NCBI GenBank assembly: GCA_965243205.1
Contig: CBDEUK010000002.1
Location: 928,001-992,000 of the forward strand
Direction of reading: 5' to 3'
Source of the DNA: Gammaproteobacteria bacterium
GTDB lineage: Bacteria > Pseudomonadota > Gammaproteobacteria > Eutrophobiales > Eutrophobiaceae
DNA length: 64,000 nucleotides
In this document: piece by piece, positions 24,018-33,045 of the stretch
Layout of the letters: each line of letters starts with the position of its first letter
How positions within the stretch are numbered: the first letter of the stretch is position 1
The notes under the pieces: generated by a model
Told to the model about the DNA's origin: nothing
Databases searched by the model: none
The model's input: the letters and a program-made list of their open reading frames with translations, nothing else
Position numbers and translations under genes: made by a program

Positions 24018-25946
24018 TCACCGAAAAACCAATTCTTCTAAATCATCGCGTTCAAAATTAAATACATATGCATAAAACGCTAGCTCAGACTTTAGTGTCT
24101 TTTGAATATTCTTAGCTTGTCTAAACCCATGCTGTTCACCTTCATAGGCTAAATAAACAACTGGAATATTTTTTTCTTTTAAACTATCAACCATCATCTC
24201 AGCTTGATTCGGCAAAACAATTTTATCTTCTAAACCTTGAAAGAAAATGACTGGACACGATAATTTATCTGTAGCATTGATCGGTGAACGTTGTTCATAA
24301 AGCTTTTTTGTTTCTGGATAAGGGCCAATCAAATTATCTAAATAACGTGATTCAAATTTGTGCGTCTCTTTAGCCAATGCGGTTAAATCACTAACACCAT
24401 AGTGACTCGCACCAACTTTAAACACATCTGTAAACGTTAACGACGCTAATGTTGTAAACCCCCCTGCACTACCACCACGTATCGCAAGTCGCTCCCTATC
24501 CACTTTCCCTATTTGTGCTAAATATAAAGCAGCTGCAGAGCAATCTTGTACATCCACAATCCCCCAGTTGCTATTTAGACATTGGCGATAAGCACGTCCA
24601 TAACCCGAGCTTCCACCATAATTCACATCAACAACCGCAAATCCTCGTGTGGTAAAATACTGTATTACCATTTTAATACCATTATGCGCCTGCCCTGTTG
24701 GTCCACCATGACTCATTACAATCAGAGGCGGTAGTTCATTATCTAAACCAGTATATTCGGAATGAGTTGGGGCATAATAAAATGCATGCGAACTATGACC
24801 TGATTCGGATTCATATTGAATGGCTTCACCAACTGAAATATCAGCATCATTAAAACTCAATTCGTTCGATCTTTTTAAGATGGTTTGTTTTTCTTCTTTA
24901 AAATCATAAGAACAAATACTTGGAGGGCGATTAGGATTCGCTGAAAGATAATATAAAGTATCATTATCAAATGTTAGCGATTCAATATCAGTTGCATCAA
25001 TATTGATAGATGCGAATTTATTATCGATCAAATTCAATCGAGCTAAATGATTAACACCTAAACTCGAATAATTTACAACAATAGTTTGTTCATCAACAAA
25101 CACATAATTCGATTCACCAAATGACCATTGCGGTACACCACATTCTGCTTCTATTTCATACAGGCAGACTTGTTGTCCATCTTCATGACGATAAATATTC
25201 CACCAACCATTTCGATCCGAAACAAAGTACAATTGATTATCAGGCGACCATATAGGTTGAATCACAGATTCATTTTTACCTGTAGTTAAAGCTTGTATGT
25301 TTTCTAGTAACCCTTTTTCATTAATATCTGCAATGCACAATTGTGTATCATCCCAAGGCATGTTGGGATGATTCCATTGGATCCAACTCAAACGAGAGTC
25401 AGTATTATCCAAACGTGGACTTGAATAAAAATAAGCCCCAGAAACAAGCGTAGTCAACTCACCTGAAACTAAATCGATAGCAGCAATACTATTTGCTGCC
25501 TCTTGCCCTTCTGTATGAGTTTCACAAACCGCAATTAATCGTTTATGACTTACGTCATACACTAAGTCAGCAAAGCGAGAATGTTCTTCATGGGTTAACG
25601 GTTTGATATCACCTGAAGATATTAAATAGATTTGTTGATCTTTGAAATTAACGAAAAAAATTCCTGCTTCACAAACAAGATAAGAACCACCACCATATTC
25701 ATGCACCCGTGTTCTAGCATTGTATGGTGCAGGATTCATATCACGCTGTTCTTTGCCATCATCAGCAACGATAACATATCGACCATTTTCCTCAGGTCGC
25801 ATTTCTATCCAATACACAATTCCATCGAATGCTTGAATCTCCCCCAAGCCGACAGAATGTTTCGTCATATCATCCACAGAAATTGGCGATGGCCAACTAC
25901 CATAAGCACGTTTTTGTTTTTCTTTCATAACCAGCATTCTAACCAA
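24018..25946 (-). CDS. S9 family peptidase (acylaminoacyl/dipeptidyl peptidase); start probably slightly downstream
   Basis: YGSWPSPI, HGGPT, GGSAGG nucleophile, FQGLEDKIV, GEQHGFR. Confidence 0.93.
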   Translation of the reverse strand: MVRMLVMKEKQKRAYGSWPSPISVDDMTKHSVGLGEIQAFDGIVYWIEMRPEENGRYVIVADDGKEQRDMNPAPYNARTRVHEYGGGSYLVCEAGIFFVNFKDQQIYLISSGDIKPLTHEEHSRFADLVYDVSHKRLIAVCETHTEGQEAANSIAAIDLVSGELTTLVSGAYFYSSPRLDNTDSRLSWIQWNHPNMPWDDTQLCIADINEKGLLENIQALTTGKNESVIQPIWSPDNQLYFVSDRNGWWNIYRHEDGQQVCLYEIEAECGVPQWSFGESNYVFVDEQTIVVNYSSLGVNHLARLNLIDNKFASINIDATDIESLTFDNDTLYYLSANPNRPPSICSYDFKEEKQTILKRSNELSFNDADISVGEAIQYESESGHSSHAFYYAPTHSEYTGLDNELPPLIVMSHGGPTGQAHNGIKMVIQYFTTRGFAVVDVNYGGSSGYGRAYRQCLNSNWGIVDVQDCSAAALYLAQIGKVDRERLAIRGGSAGGFTTLASLTFTDVFKVGASHYGVSDLTALAKETHKFESRYLDNLIGPYPETKKLYEQRSPINATDKLSCPVIFFQGLEDKIVLPNQAEMMVDSLKEKNIPVVYLAYEGEQHGFRQAKNIQKTLKSELAFYAYVFNFERDDLEELVFR

Positions 25947-26230
25947 GTTATTTATATAAAACAGTATCCATAAAAATGAGATTATTCGTGACCTCTACAT
26001 AATGATGCATCACACAATAAATTATCGTAAGACAATTGAATACATATGTTTCGAATTTTTAAAATATTTTTAAGTTTTTTTTATTACATTAATTATGTGC
26101 AAAGCAACAATTTAATTAATGTTTTTTTTCGAATTTGTTACACAGAATTAACTAACATTACTTACGTAATTTAATTTATAATTCATCTGTAAATTTAGAA
26201 TATTTCAATGCAACATTATACGAGGTGACA

Positions 26231-26470
26231 ATGATGAAACTATTAAACAAAGCATTTTTAGTTGCAGTTGTATCAGGCTTATCATTATCTGCATACGCCT
26301 TTGATGATCCGCAAACCGACTATGATTCATTATATGGTATTGGATCAGATTCAACAGTCGACGATCAAAAAGCGATAGATATTGCTGCTTTTGAAACTGT
26401 AACTATCAATGAAGATGAATACGAAAATACTGTTGATCCACAAACAGATTATAATTCGTTATATGAATAA
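26231..26470 (+). CDS. Small secreted acidic protein with duplicated DPQTDYxSLY motif
   Basis: GAGGTG RBS, signal peptide ending AYA, own terminator. Confidence 0.75.
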   Translation: MMKLLNKAFLVAVVSGLSLSAYAFDDPQTDYDSLYGIGSDSTVDDQKAIDIAAFETVTINEDEYENTVDPQTDYNSLYE

Positions 26471-26496
26471 AATTTAAATTACTACTTAATAATTTT

Positions 26497-26524
26497 AAAA
26501 AGCCTCAGCAATGAGGTTTTTTTT
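26497..26524 (+). terminator. Intrinsic terminator (likely bidirectional)
   Basis: AAAAAGCCTCA-GCAA-TGAGGTTTTTTTT between convergent genes. Confidence 0.75.
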
Positions 26525-26540
26525 AAATAAAATATTTTAA

Positions 26541-27734
26541 CTAATTTCTCGGAGCAAGTATAAGTGCATGTTGTTGTTGATTGATTTTGAAATCGAAATT
26601 ACTCAAAAAATTCATGCCTAACAAACCCTCTCCCACACTGCCTGTATTCAAATCCATCACAGCCAATTCAATATTTGATAACTCAAAATCATCAACCCGA
26701 AATGAATTTACTCTATAAATAGGTGCCGTAACTATTCCGCCAGCGGTATTGAATTCTTGTTCTCTGATAAAAATAGCTGAAGAACTTTGTTGTAAAGCAT
26801 TAAAAGTTGATTCAGATATAGTTGTTATAGACGCACCAGTATCAATCATTAAATTAACAGGCAAGTAATTATCAATTAGAACTCTCACAACGTGATGAGA
26901 ACCCGTTGTTTTTAATGAAATAGCTTTACGTTCTAGCTTTTCATTCAGAATAGCTTGATCAATTTTATTGATAAGTTCTGTTGCTTTTGTACCAAATTTG
27001 TTGTCATCTGTTATCAAGTACAAATTACTTTTAGCTTCGCTATAACGTTCTAACTTAGCCAAAGCTTGGCCGTGCATCAATATAAGTGATGCATTATTCG
27101 AATCATGCCATAATAAACGTTGAGTTAATTCAATCAGCGCTTGCCAGTCTTGTAATTTTTTCAAACGTTTAATACGTTTATTAGAAATTTCTTTAATACG
27201 AGAATAAAAAACACTCTGTTGCGATTTTGTATTAGATTCTTTATACAAAACATATAATTGATCAATTGCAGCGATATATTTTTCTCTGACCAGTAACCGT
27301 TCTGCATCTAATTGACGCAACTCAATATCATTTGGATAAACTTTTAAACCTGCATCAATAAAACCATCAATACGAGAAGCATTAGGATCTTTAACTAACC
27401 AATTCTCACAAATCTTTAACCAATTATTTTTTAATAGATTTACATCATCTATATCACGACGACTTAGCAACAACCATGCTTCATAATAACTTTCATTTTC
27501 AAAAAGAAACTGCAACTCCTTAAGCCATTCTGTTTTATCTTTATTTATAGTTTCTTGTTCCTGAATTGGATTAATTAAAGAAATATTATCATCTGGAGTT
27601 ATCGTATAATCGGGCTCATATCCGATTATGTTGTCTATAGTACTTATTTCATTTTTCTGAATCAGATACCAGTTAAGGCCAAGGGACGCTACTAAGAAAA
27701 GAATAAGAAAAATACTGAGATTCGAAAAACGCAT
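26541..27734 (-). CDS. Membrane-anchored TPR + clan AA aspartic protease
   Basis: LMIDTGASITTI, TAGG, GLLGMNFL; N-terminal TM and helical repeats. Confidence 0.88.
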   Translation of the reverse strand: MRFSNLSIFLILFLVASLGLNWYLIQKNEISTIDNIIGYEPDYTITPDDNISLINPIQEQETINKDKTEWLKELQFLFENESYYEAWLLLSRRDIDDVNLLKNNWLKICENWLVKDPNASRIDGFIDAGLKVYPNDIELRQLDAERLLVREKYIAAIDQLYVLYKESNTKSQQSVFYSRIKEISNKRIKRLKKLQDWQALIELTQRLLWHDSNNASLILMHGQALAKLERYSEAKSNLYLITDDNKFGTKATELINKIDQAILNEKLERKAISLKTTGSHHVVRVLIDNYLPVNLMIDTGASITTISESTFNALQQSSSAIFIREQEFNTAGGIVTAPIYRVNSFRVDDFELSNIELAVMDLNTGSVGEGLLGMNFLSNFDFKINQQQHALILAPRN

Positions 27735-27917
27735 TAACTTTTGTCTATAAAAAATGAAAAGGATTATTTACTCTTAATTCAGTTAGATTTTACTGTCTTA
27801 TAAAATAGACAAGACGGGAATCAATAGATTCAATGTATAGCAAAAATCTATATTTTTCCAATATGATTTTATATTTGTATATCTATAATAAGCAGTTCGT
27901 AAATTAGGAATGAGACC

Positions 27918-28544
27918 ATGAGTTACTCAACTAAGTTTTGGAACCGCACAGCAAAAAAATACGCAGCAACACCCGTACCCAATGAAGAAATTTATCAAAA
28001 AAAATTACAAGAAACACAGAAATATCTAGAACAAGATATGAATGTATTAGAGTTTGGTTGTGGCACAGGTTCAACGGCATTAGTACATTCACCATTGGTA
28101 AAATCTTACACTGCAATTGACTCATCAGAAAAGATGCTCGAAATCGCTCGCTCAAAATTACATGCAACGGATATCGATAATCTACAGTTTGAAGTTTTAT
28201 CCATCGAAGATCTAGATATTAACAAAAATCAATTTGATATGGTTTTAGGATTAAGTATTTTGCATTTGTTAGAAGATCCAAATGCGGCGATACAAAAAAC
28301 AAATAAACTATTACGATCTGGCGGTTATTTTGTCAGCAGCTCAGCATGCATTATGGACTTCATGCCCTGGTTTCGATTTATTACACCATTGTTAAGTTTC
28401 TTATCTATTATTCCCAAAGTTACGTTTTTTAGTCATTCGGAATTAATCGAAATGTTAGAAAGTAATGGTTTTGAAATACTTTTTGAACTTGAAAGAGAAT
28501 CGCAAAAGGAAGCCTGCTTTATTATTGCGAAAAAAATTCAATAA
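27918..28544 (+). CDS. Class I SAM-dependent methyltransferase
   Basis: VLEFGCGTG motif; FWNRTAKKYA N-terminus. Confidence 0.92.
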   Translation: MSYSTKFWNRTAKKYAATPVPNEEIYQKKLQETQKYLEQDMNVLEFGCGTGSTALVHSPLVKSYTAIDSSEKMLEIARSKLHATDIDNLQFEVLSIEDLDINKNQFDMVLGLSILHLLEDPNAAIQKTNKLLRSGGYFVSSSACIMDFMPWFRFITPLLSFLSIIPKVTFFSHSELIEMLESNGFEILFELERESQKEACFIIAKKIQ

Positions 28545-28577
28545 TACGTACTCTGCTTCAATTAAGTGGATAAAAGA

Positions 28578-28868
28578 TTAACCACCACCCGCCTTTAGTA
28601 TGTGATTTCTAAAACTGGTATGAAATTCTTTTGCTTCATTTTCATTGTAATCAGGCATCTCTACCTCAATTTTTTCCATTGGCAAATTTAGTGAGCCCAA
28701 ATGTCGAATCGGCTCATCATGAATAACAATCTCTATGGTTCGATCACCATCGAAAACGGTAACAACATTATCCACTATTTCATACGGACGATGATCAATA
28801 GCCATTGGTAATAAACGCAGAAACTCAGAATGCGTACACTGCATTTCTGTTGTAAACGAAGTAGACAT
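28578..28868 (-). CDS. Hypothetical protein, putatively FNR-controlled
   Basis: 96 aa with AGGAGA RBS; ends KAGGG. Confidence 0.75.
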   Translation of the reverse strand: MSTSFTTEMQCTHSEFLRLLPMAIDHRPYEIVDNVVTVFDGDRTIEIVIHDEPIRHLGSLNLPMEKIEVEMPDYNENEAKEFHTSFRNHILKAGGG

Positions 28869-28931
28869 ATTAGTCTCCTGTTTAGTGGTTAAACTCTGGA
28901 GATAATATATTCAACCACGAAATTTCTAACA

Positions 28932-28945
28932 TTGATCTAAATCAA
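28932..28945. promoter_or_regulatory. FNR/ANR consensus site
   Basis: TTGAT-CTAA-ATCAA, a perfect consensus 64 bp upstream of the start at 28868. Confidence 0.7.
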
Positions 28946-28961
28946 GTGAACTGAATAATAA

Positions 28962-29126
28962 CTAACTCAAAAGGCGATTCATTTCCTTAGCCAATTCCTC
29001 AATTTCATCGGCATACATTTGCAAAATAAGTGCACCGACTAATCCAGGGAAATTTTCTTTCATTTCCCATGAAATAACGTCTAATCGTTCCGAGATTTCA
29101 AACAACCTGAGTTTTCTCTCATTCAT
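28962..29126 (-). CDS. Unannotated 54-aa protein, copy 1 (MNERKLRLFEISERLDVISWEMKENFPGLVGALILQMYADEIEELAKEMNRLLS)
   Basis: AAGGA RBS; 50/54 aa identical to 43442-43606, with mostly synonymous differences. Confidence 0.85.
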   Translation of the reverse strand: MNERKLRLFEISERLDVISWEMKENFPGLVGALILQMYADEIEELAKEMNRLLS

Positions 29127-29148
29127 TCAAGTAATTCCTTTTAATGCC

Positions 29149-29193
29149 GCCATATATTGCGTGGTGTTGCTAGGGATACTGCCATAAATTGCG
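29149..29193. promoter_or_regulatory. Pair of operator-like sites GCCATAWATTGCG
   Basis: 29149-29161 and 29181-29193, 32 bp apart, quasi-palindromic, between the divergent 54-aa ORF and XRE gene. Confidence 0.6.
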
Positions 29194-29218
29194 GGTTATC
29201 TCAAATCAATTATGTTCA

Positions 29219-29461
29219 ATGCCAAAATCTAAAAAATACAATCCAGATTTTGAAAAGCTTTCTTTAAAAGTCCAAAAGAGAATTAAAGAGCTGAGATTAG
29301 AGTGTGGCCTATCACAAGAAGACTTAATGGATTACGAAATTTCATTAAGAACAATTCAAAGAATTGAACAATGTAAAGAGCCCGTGAATATTACATTATT
29401 AACGTTACACAGACTTGCCAATGCCTTTGGTGTGAAAACAAAAGAGCTGCTTGATATTTAA
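29219..29461 (+). CDS. XRE-family HTH regulator (controller-protein-like)
   Basis: RIKELRLECGLSQEDL...RTIQRIEQ...NITLLTLHRLANAFGV; ATG 29219 preferred over TTG 29189. Confidence 0.88.
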   Translation: MPKSKKYNPDFEKLSLKVQKRIKELRLECGLSQEDLMDYEISLRTIQRIEQCKEPVNITLLTLHRLANAFGVKTKELLDI

Positions 29462-29473
29462 TAAGCTTAACGC

Positions 29474-29503
29474 AAAAAAATAGCGACTATAGCCGCTATT
29501 TTT
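29474..29503. terminator. Bidirectional intrinsic terminator
   Basis: AAAAATAGCG-N8-CGCTATTTTT between convergent genes. Confidence 0.7.
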
Positions 29504-29567
29504 ATATATCTATTTTAACCTACAATACTATTAACTATTTTGACTGTATCCGATCCCTCAGTGGTAT

Positions 29568-30932
29568 TTAATCTTTAACATCTGTCCAGACTTCTGCATA
29601 TTCTCCAATTTCAAAACCCGAACCGGCACCGAACGATCCTGTAACGCCAACAAAGTGCGGTTGGTTTAATCCATCGGCTCTTTTGGGAGTGTAGTAATCA
29701 GACCAGACACCTAGACCACCATCAATCGTGCCGGAATAACCAAAACTTGCGACTGGAATACCCAGTGTATAGCCCTGAGCATAGCTATCGACAAATTCTC
29801 CTTTCCAGATTCCGACAGTGATTGCTCCATCAATAGCAACTGAAACACCTTTTGTCAGGCCATAGGATTTATATTTTTTGAAACTACCACTGCTGACATC
29901 ATAGGCAATACCAAATTCATAATTACCTCCAGCAATAATTGAACCGTCGGTAACAAAGCCAATTGTGATAGCGAATTTTTTTCTAGCTTCGCCTGATTCT
30001 TCAAAGGCTTCGTTTGAATCCTTGATGCCTTCTTTCAATGCTTCGAATTCTTCAAATTCGGTTAATAAGTCATAAGCTTCCTGCAGTTTTTTTCGTTTGA
30101 TGGCTTTTCGTATATTTTCGACTTTCGTTTTGGCTGCACCTGTTGCATTCGCTAGACCATTCCCTAAACTTACGATGCCTCTAAGCACTAGCGTATTTGC
30201 ATCTGACTCAATAATCTCTTCAAAGTAGGCTTTTAGATCGAAAGGTAAACCACAATATTTTTTATGTTTTAACCCAAGCCAGTTGCCACCGCGTTCCCAG
30301 ATATTTTTGGGAGCTGATTTATGCAGTGATAATCCAGCATTGCAACGGTATTGTTTTTCAACCCTACATTTTCCACTGTCCATGCCAGCGATATGTTTTC
30401 GTTTGGTTTTTGCAGGGCAAGATTTACAGAATCCTTTATGTCGGAATTCACCTTCACCACAACCATCGACATTCCTCACTCTGCCTTCAGCTGGCGCGTA
30501 ATCATTTTTACCTTTTTGATGTTTTTCACATGCTTTGGGGTGATTCATTTTACGAGTTACGCTGGCACGCTTATAACCATCAGGACAGGTGTAACAGTAT
30601 TTTGTACCATTGATTTTAGAGTAATAAACACCTTTACCTTTACAGCTATATCGACTTTCTTTTTTAGGAGTAACATTTTTACATTGATATTTGCCAACAT
30701 GGCCTCGGTATTTACATAGTCCCGGAAATTCTGCTGTACCGAGTGGGATAATTTCAACCTCTTCATTCGACGATGCGTTTCTTGCCCCTGAGTATGTTCT
30801 GGGTAAATCCAGGCTATCTTTTTTGATCTTGAAACTATCTGCGGCGATTGCCGAATGTACAAAAAGTAGCGTATATATTAAAAATATTGCAGTGAAAAAA
30901 TATTGAGTAGGAAATGTTTTTAATTGTGGCAT
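29568..30932 (-). CDS. Secreted protein: Cys-rich domain, helical linker and Gly-rich beta-type C-terminus
   Basis: Signal peptide (AIA); RYSCKGKGVYYSK...CYTCPDGYKRASVTRKMNHPKAC; AGGAGA RBS. Confidence 0.85.
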   Translation of the reverse strand: MPQLKTFPTQYFFTAIFLIYTLLFVHSAIAADSFKIKKDSLDLPRTYSGARNASSNEEVEIIPLGTAEFPGLCKYRGHVGKYQCKNVTPKKESRYSCKGKGVYYSKINGTKYCYTCPDGYKRASVTRKMNHPKACEKHQKGKNDYAPAEGRVRNVDGCGEGEFRHKGFCKSCPAKTKRKHIAGMDSGKCRVEKQYRCNAGLSLHKSAPKNIWERGGNWLGLKHKKYCGLPFDLKAYFEEIIESDANTLVLRGIVSLGNGLANATGAAKTKVENIRKAIKRKKLQEAYDLLTEFEEFEALKEGIKDSNEAFEESGEARKKFAITIGFVTDGSIIAGGNYEFGIAYDVSSGSFKKYKSYGLTKGVSVAIDGAITVGIWKGEFVDSYAQGYTLGIPVASFGYSGTIDGGLGVWSDYYTPKRADGLNQPHFVGVTGSFGAGSGFEIGEYAEVWTDVKD

Positions 30933-30960
30933 TATTTATCTCCTGGATAGACTGCTGGTG

Positions 30961-31953
30961 TTATGACTTTGGAATGCAATAACCCGTTTTGTATCTGGCA
31001 TTGTACATATCGGTTCGATAATACCGTTCGTAACCACTTGGACACGATTTACAAAAGCCTTTGTGTTTAAATTCACCTCTACCACAACCGTCGACATTAT
31101 CCACTTTAGTTGCAGCGGGCTTGTAATCGTTTTTACCTTTCTGGTGTAATTCGCATGCCTTTGGGTGATTCATTTTTCGTGTCACACTGGCGCGTTTATA
31201 ACCCTTTGGACAGGTGTAGCAGTATTTTTTTCCGTTGACTTTAGAATAATAAACACCTTTACCTTTACAACTGTATCGGTTTTTTTTCGTGGCTTCGATT
31301 TTCTGGCTTTCGAGTGATTCTGCTTCAGCGTCATCTTCATACTCATCGTCGCCATAATCGTCATCATCGCCGTCGTCCTCATACTCATCATCGAAATCAT
31401 CTTCATACCCGTCATCGTCTCCGCCTTCATCCTCTTCGGTATCTTCATCTTCTTCAGGATAAGAATCTTCACCCGCTTTTTCACTTTCAAAACTATCCTG
31501 GTCATCCAGTCGAACAGGAGAGAATGTTAAATTAACTGGGCCAAGCAAACCTTGAATGTTCACATTCATCGTACCGCTCGGTGTTAACTTCGCAGTAAAA
31601 GGTCCTACCAGTGGTAAGTCTTGACCAGCGTATTCACCTGGGCCTGTTCGAACCCAATCTTTTGAAACTACCATCAATGGTCCAATTTTTAGTACAAACA
31701 TATGCAACCAAGAATCAACCGCATAAGCACGCCCACGTTCGATGCGAATTCGTTTACGGATTTCATTGATCATCCACTCACCATCGATAGGCAGTTTGTC
31801 AGTCATTGGCACATCTGCCGCCATCGGTAAAAACGCTGGGATTTCTGGGATTCCGGTTGGGTTTGCGTGTACGTTTGGAACTGAAAAACCAATAATCATG
31901 GCAACCATAGCCAACATCATTTTTATGTTCAGTTTAAGAGCGGTCTTATTCAT
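30961..31953 (-). CDS. Secreted protein: beta-rich N-domain, D/E tract and Cys-rich domain
   Basis: Signal peptide (VHA); N-half near-identical to 33046-34059; Cys domain closest to 29568-30932. Confidence 0.85.
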   Translation of the reverse strand: MNKTALKLNIKMMLAMVAMIIGFSVPNVHANPTGIPEIPAFLPMAADVPMTDKLPIDGEWMINEIRKRIRIERGRAYAVDSWLHMFVLKIGPLMVVSKDWVRTGPGEYAGQDLPLVGPFTAKLTPSGTMNVNIQGLLGPVNLTFSPVRLDDQDSFESEKAGEDSYPEEDEDTEEDEGGDDDGYEDDFDDEYEDDGDDDDYGDDEYEDDAEAESLESQKIEATKKNRYSCKGKGVYYSKVNGKKYCYTCPKGYKRASVTRKMNHPKACELHQKGKNDYKPAATKVDNVDGCGRGEFKHKGFCKSCPSGYERYYRTDMYNARYKTGYCIPKS

Positions 31954-31996
31954 TTTATTCTCCGACTTTTTTTCTGTTTATGTACAAATTGAATGT
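31395..31996. repeat. ~600-bp direct repeat, copy 1
   Basis: Aligns to 33501-34102 at offset 2106 with roughly 15-20 mismatches by hand count; includes about 40 bp of leader/RBS. Confidence 0.9.
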
Positions 31997-32040
31997 AAAC
32001 GCTGTTAGGAATAATTTATTCGTATTCATTTCGGTGTTCA

Positions 32041-33036
32041 CTATTTCGATTGCACTCGTTCTGTTAAACGTCCACCTGCACCTATTTCATAAACATTAAC
32101 GTCACCACTGTGCTTATCATAAAAAAGAACACTATAGTCCCCAGAATAACGTCCATCATTATAAGCCGTTACAATATCCCAAGACTTACGCCAGCCTGTA
32201 TATCCTTTAACTAAACCGTCGACTTTGCCATCATCACTAAGCTTAAACACTTTACCGTGTCCATTGGTTTTATCGTAAAACAGTGCATACATTCTACCGC
32301 TATAGTAGTAAATATTGACGCTGTGCCAAGTATGTCGCCAGTTATCAGATTCATAAGTGACTTTTTCGACACCCTTAAGATTGTTTTTAAGCTTTACTAT
32401 TTTTACCTTCCCTTGTTCTCTGCTATACATAAGAAGATATTTTTTATAGCCACCATCATCATTGGAAAAATCCGTATACCACTGTTTCATTACATCCCAG
32501 CCCGTTCCCCACTCTTTAGAGGAATATATTGGCGCTCCAAAGTTATGATCTCCAGAGTTGTATTTGTATATTTTTGCTCGGCCATTGTCTTTATCGTAAA
32601 AAAGAAAGGTCTGATGCGGACGGCCAATATTCTCAACGATATCAAAACCTTTATAAAATTTTGAATACGTCTTTTTCTTCTTGGTTTTTTTATCTTTACC
32701 GAGTCCACCCATCTTATAAAGTTGCACATCACCCGTGGTTCCACTGTGGTACACACGTAAATTGGAACCAGCGGGGAAATTCATATGAGTCCAGGATTTA
32801 CGCCACTTAAATTCTTTATCCGACTGACGTTTTCGAATTCCAGATGAGGTTGATAAAAGATATTTATGAGCTCTTCCTGTATCACGATCGTAAGCAAATA
32901 AGACTGTTGCTTTGCCGACTTTGCCGATCTCTAATATATCGTAACCTTCTACCCAAGCTTGCGCGCTACTTGTAATGAAACTAAGTATGAATGCAACCAT
33001 TGTTATCAGTAATTTATTCATTTTCATTGTCTTCAC
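32041..33036 (-). CDS. Secreted basic beta-propeller protein (about six W-x-x-x-W...LFYD..xG repeats)
   Basis: WRKSWTH, WGTGWDV, WRHTWHS, WRKSWDI with LFAYDRDTG, FLFYDKDNG, ALFYDKTNG, VLFYDKHSG. Confidence 0.8.
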   Translation of the reverse strand: MKTMKMNKLLITMVAFILSFITSSAQAWVEGYDILEIGKVGKATVLFAYDRDTGRAHKYLLSTSSGIRKRQSDKEFKWRKSWTHMNFPAGSNLRVYHSGTTGDVQLYKMGGLGKDKKTKKKKTYSKFYKGFDIVENIGRPHQTFLFYDKDNGRAKIYKYNSGDHNFGAPIYSSKEWGTGWDVMKQWYTDFSNDDGGYKKYLLMYSREQGKVKIVKLKNNLKGVEKVTYESDNWRHTWHSVNIYYYSGRMYALFYDKTNGHGKVFKLSDDGKVDGLVKGYTGWRKSWDIVTAYNDGRYSGDYSVLFYDKHSGDVNVYEIGAGGRLTERVQSK

Positions 33037-33045
33037 TCCTAAGCT

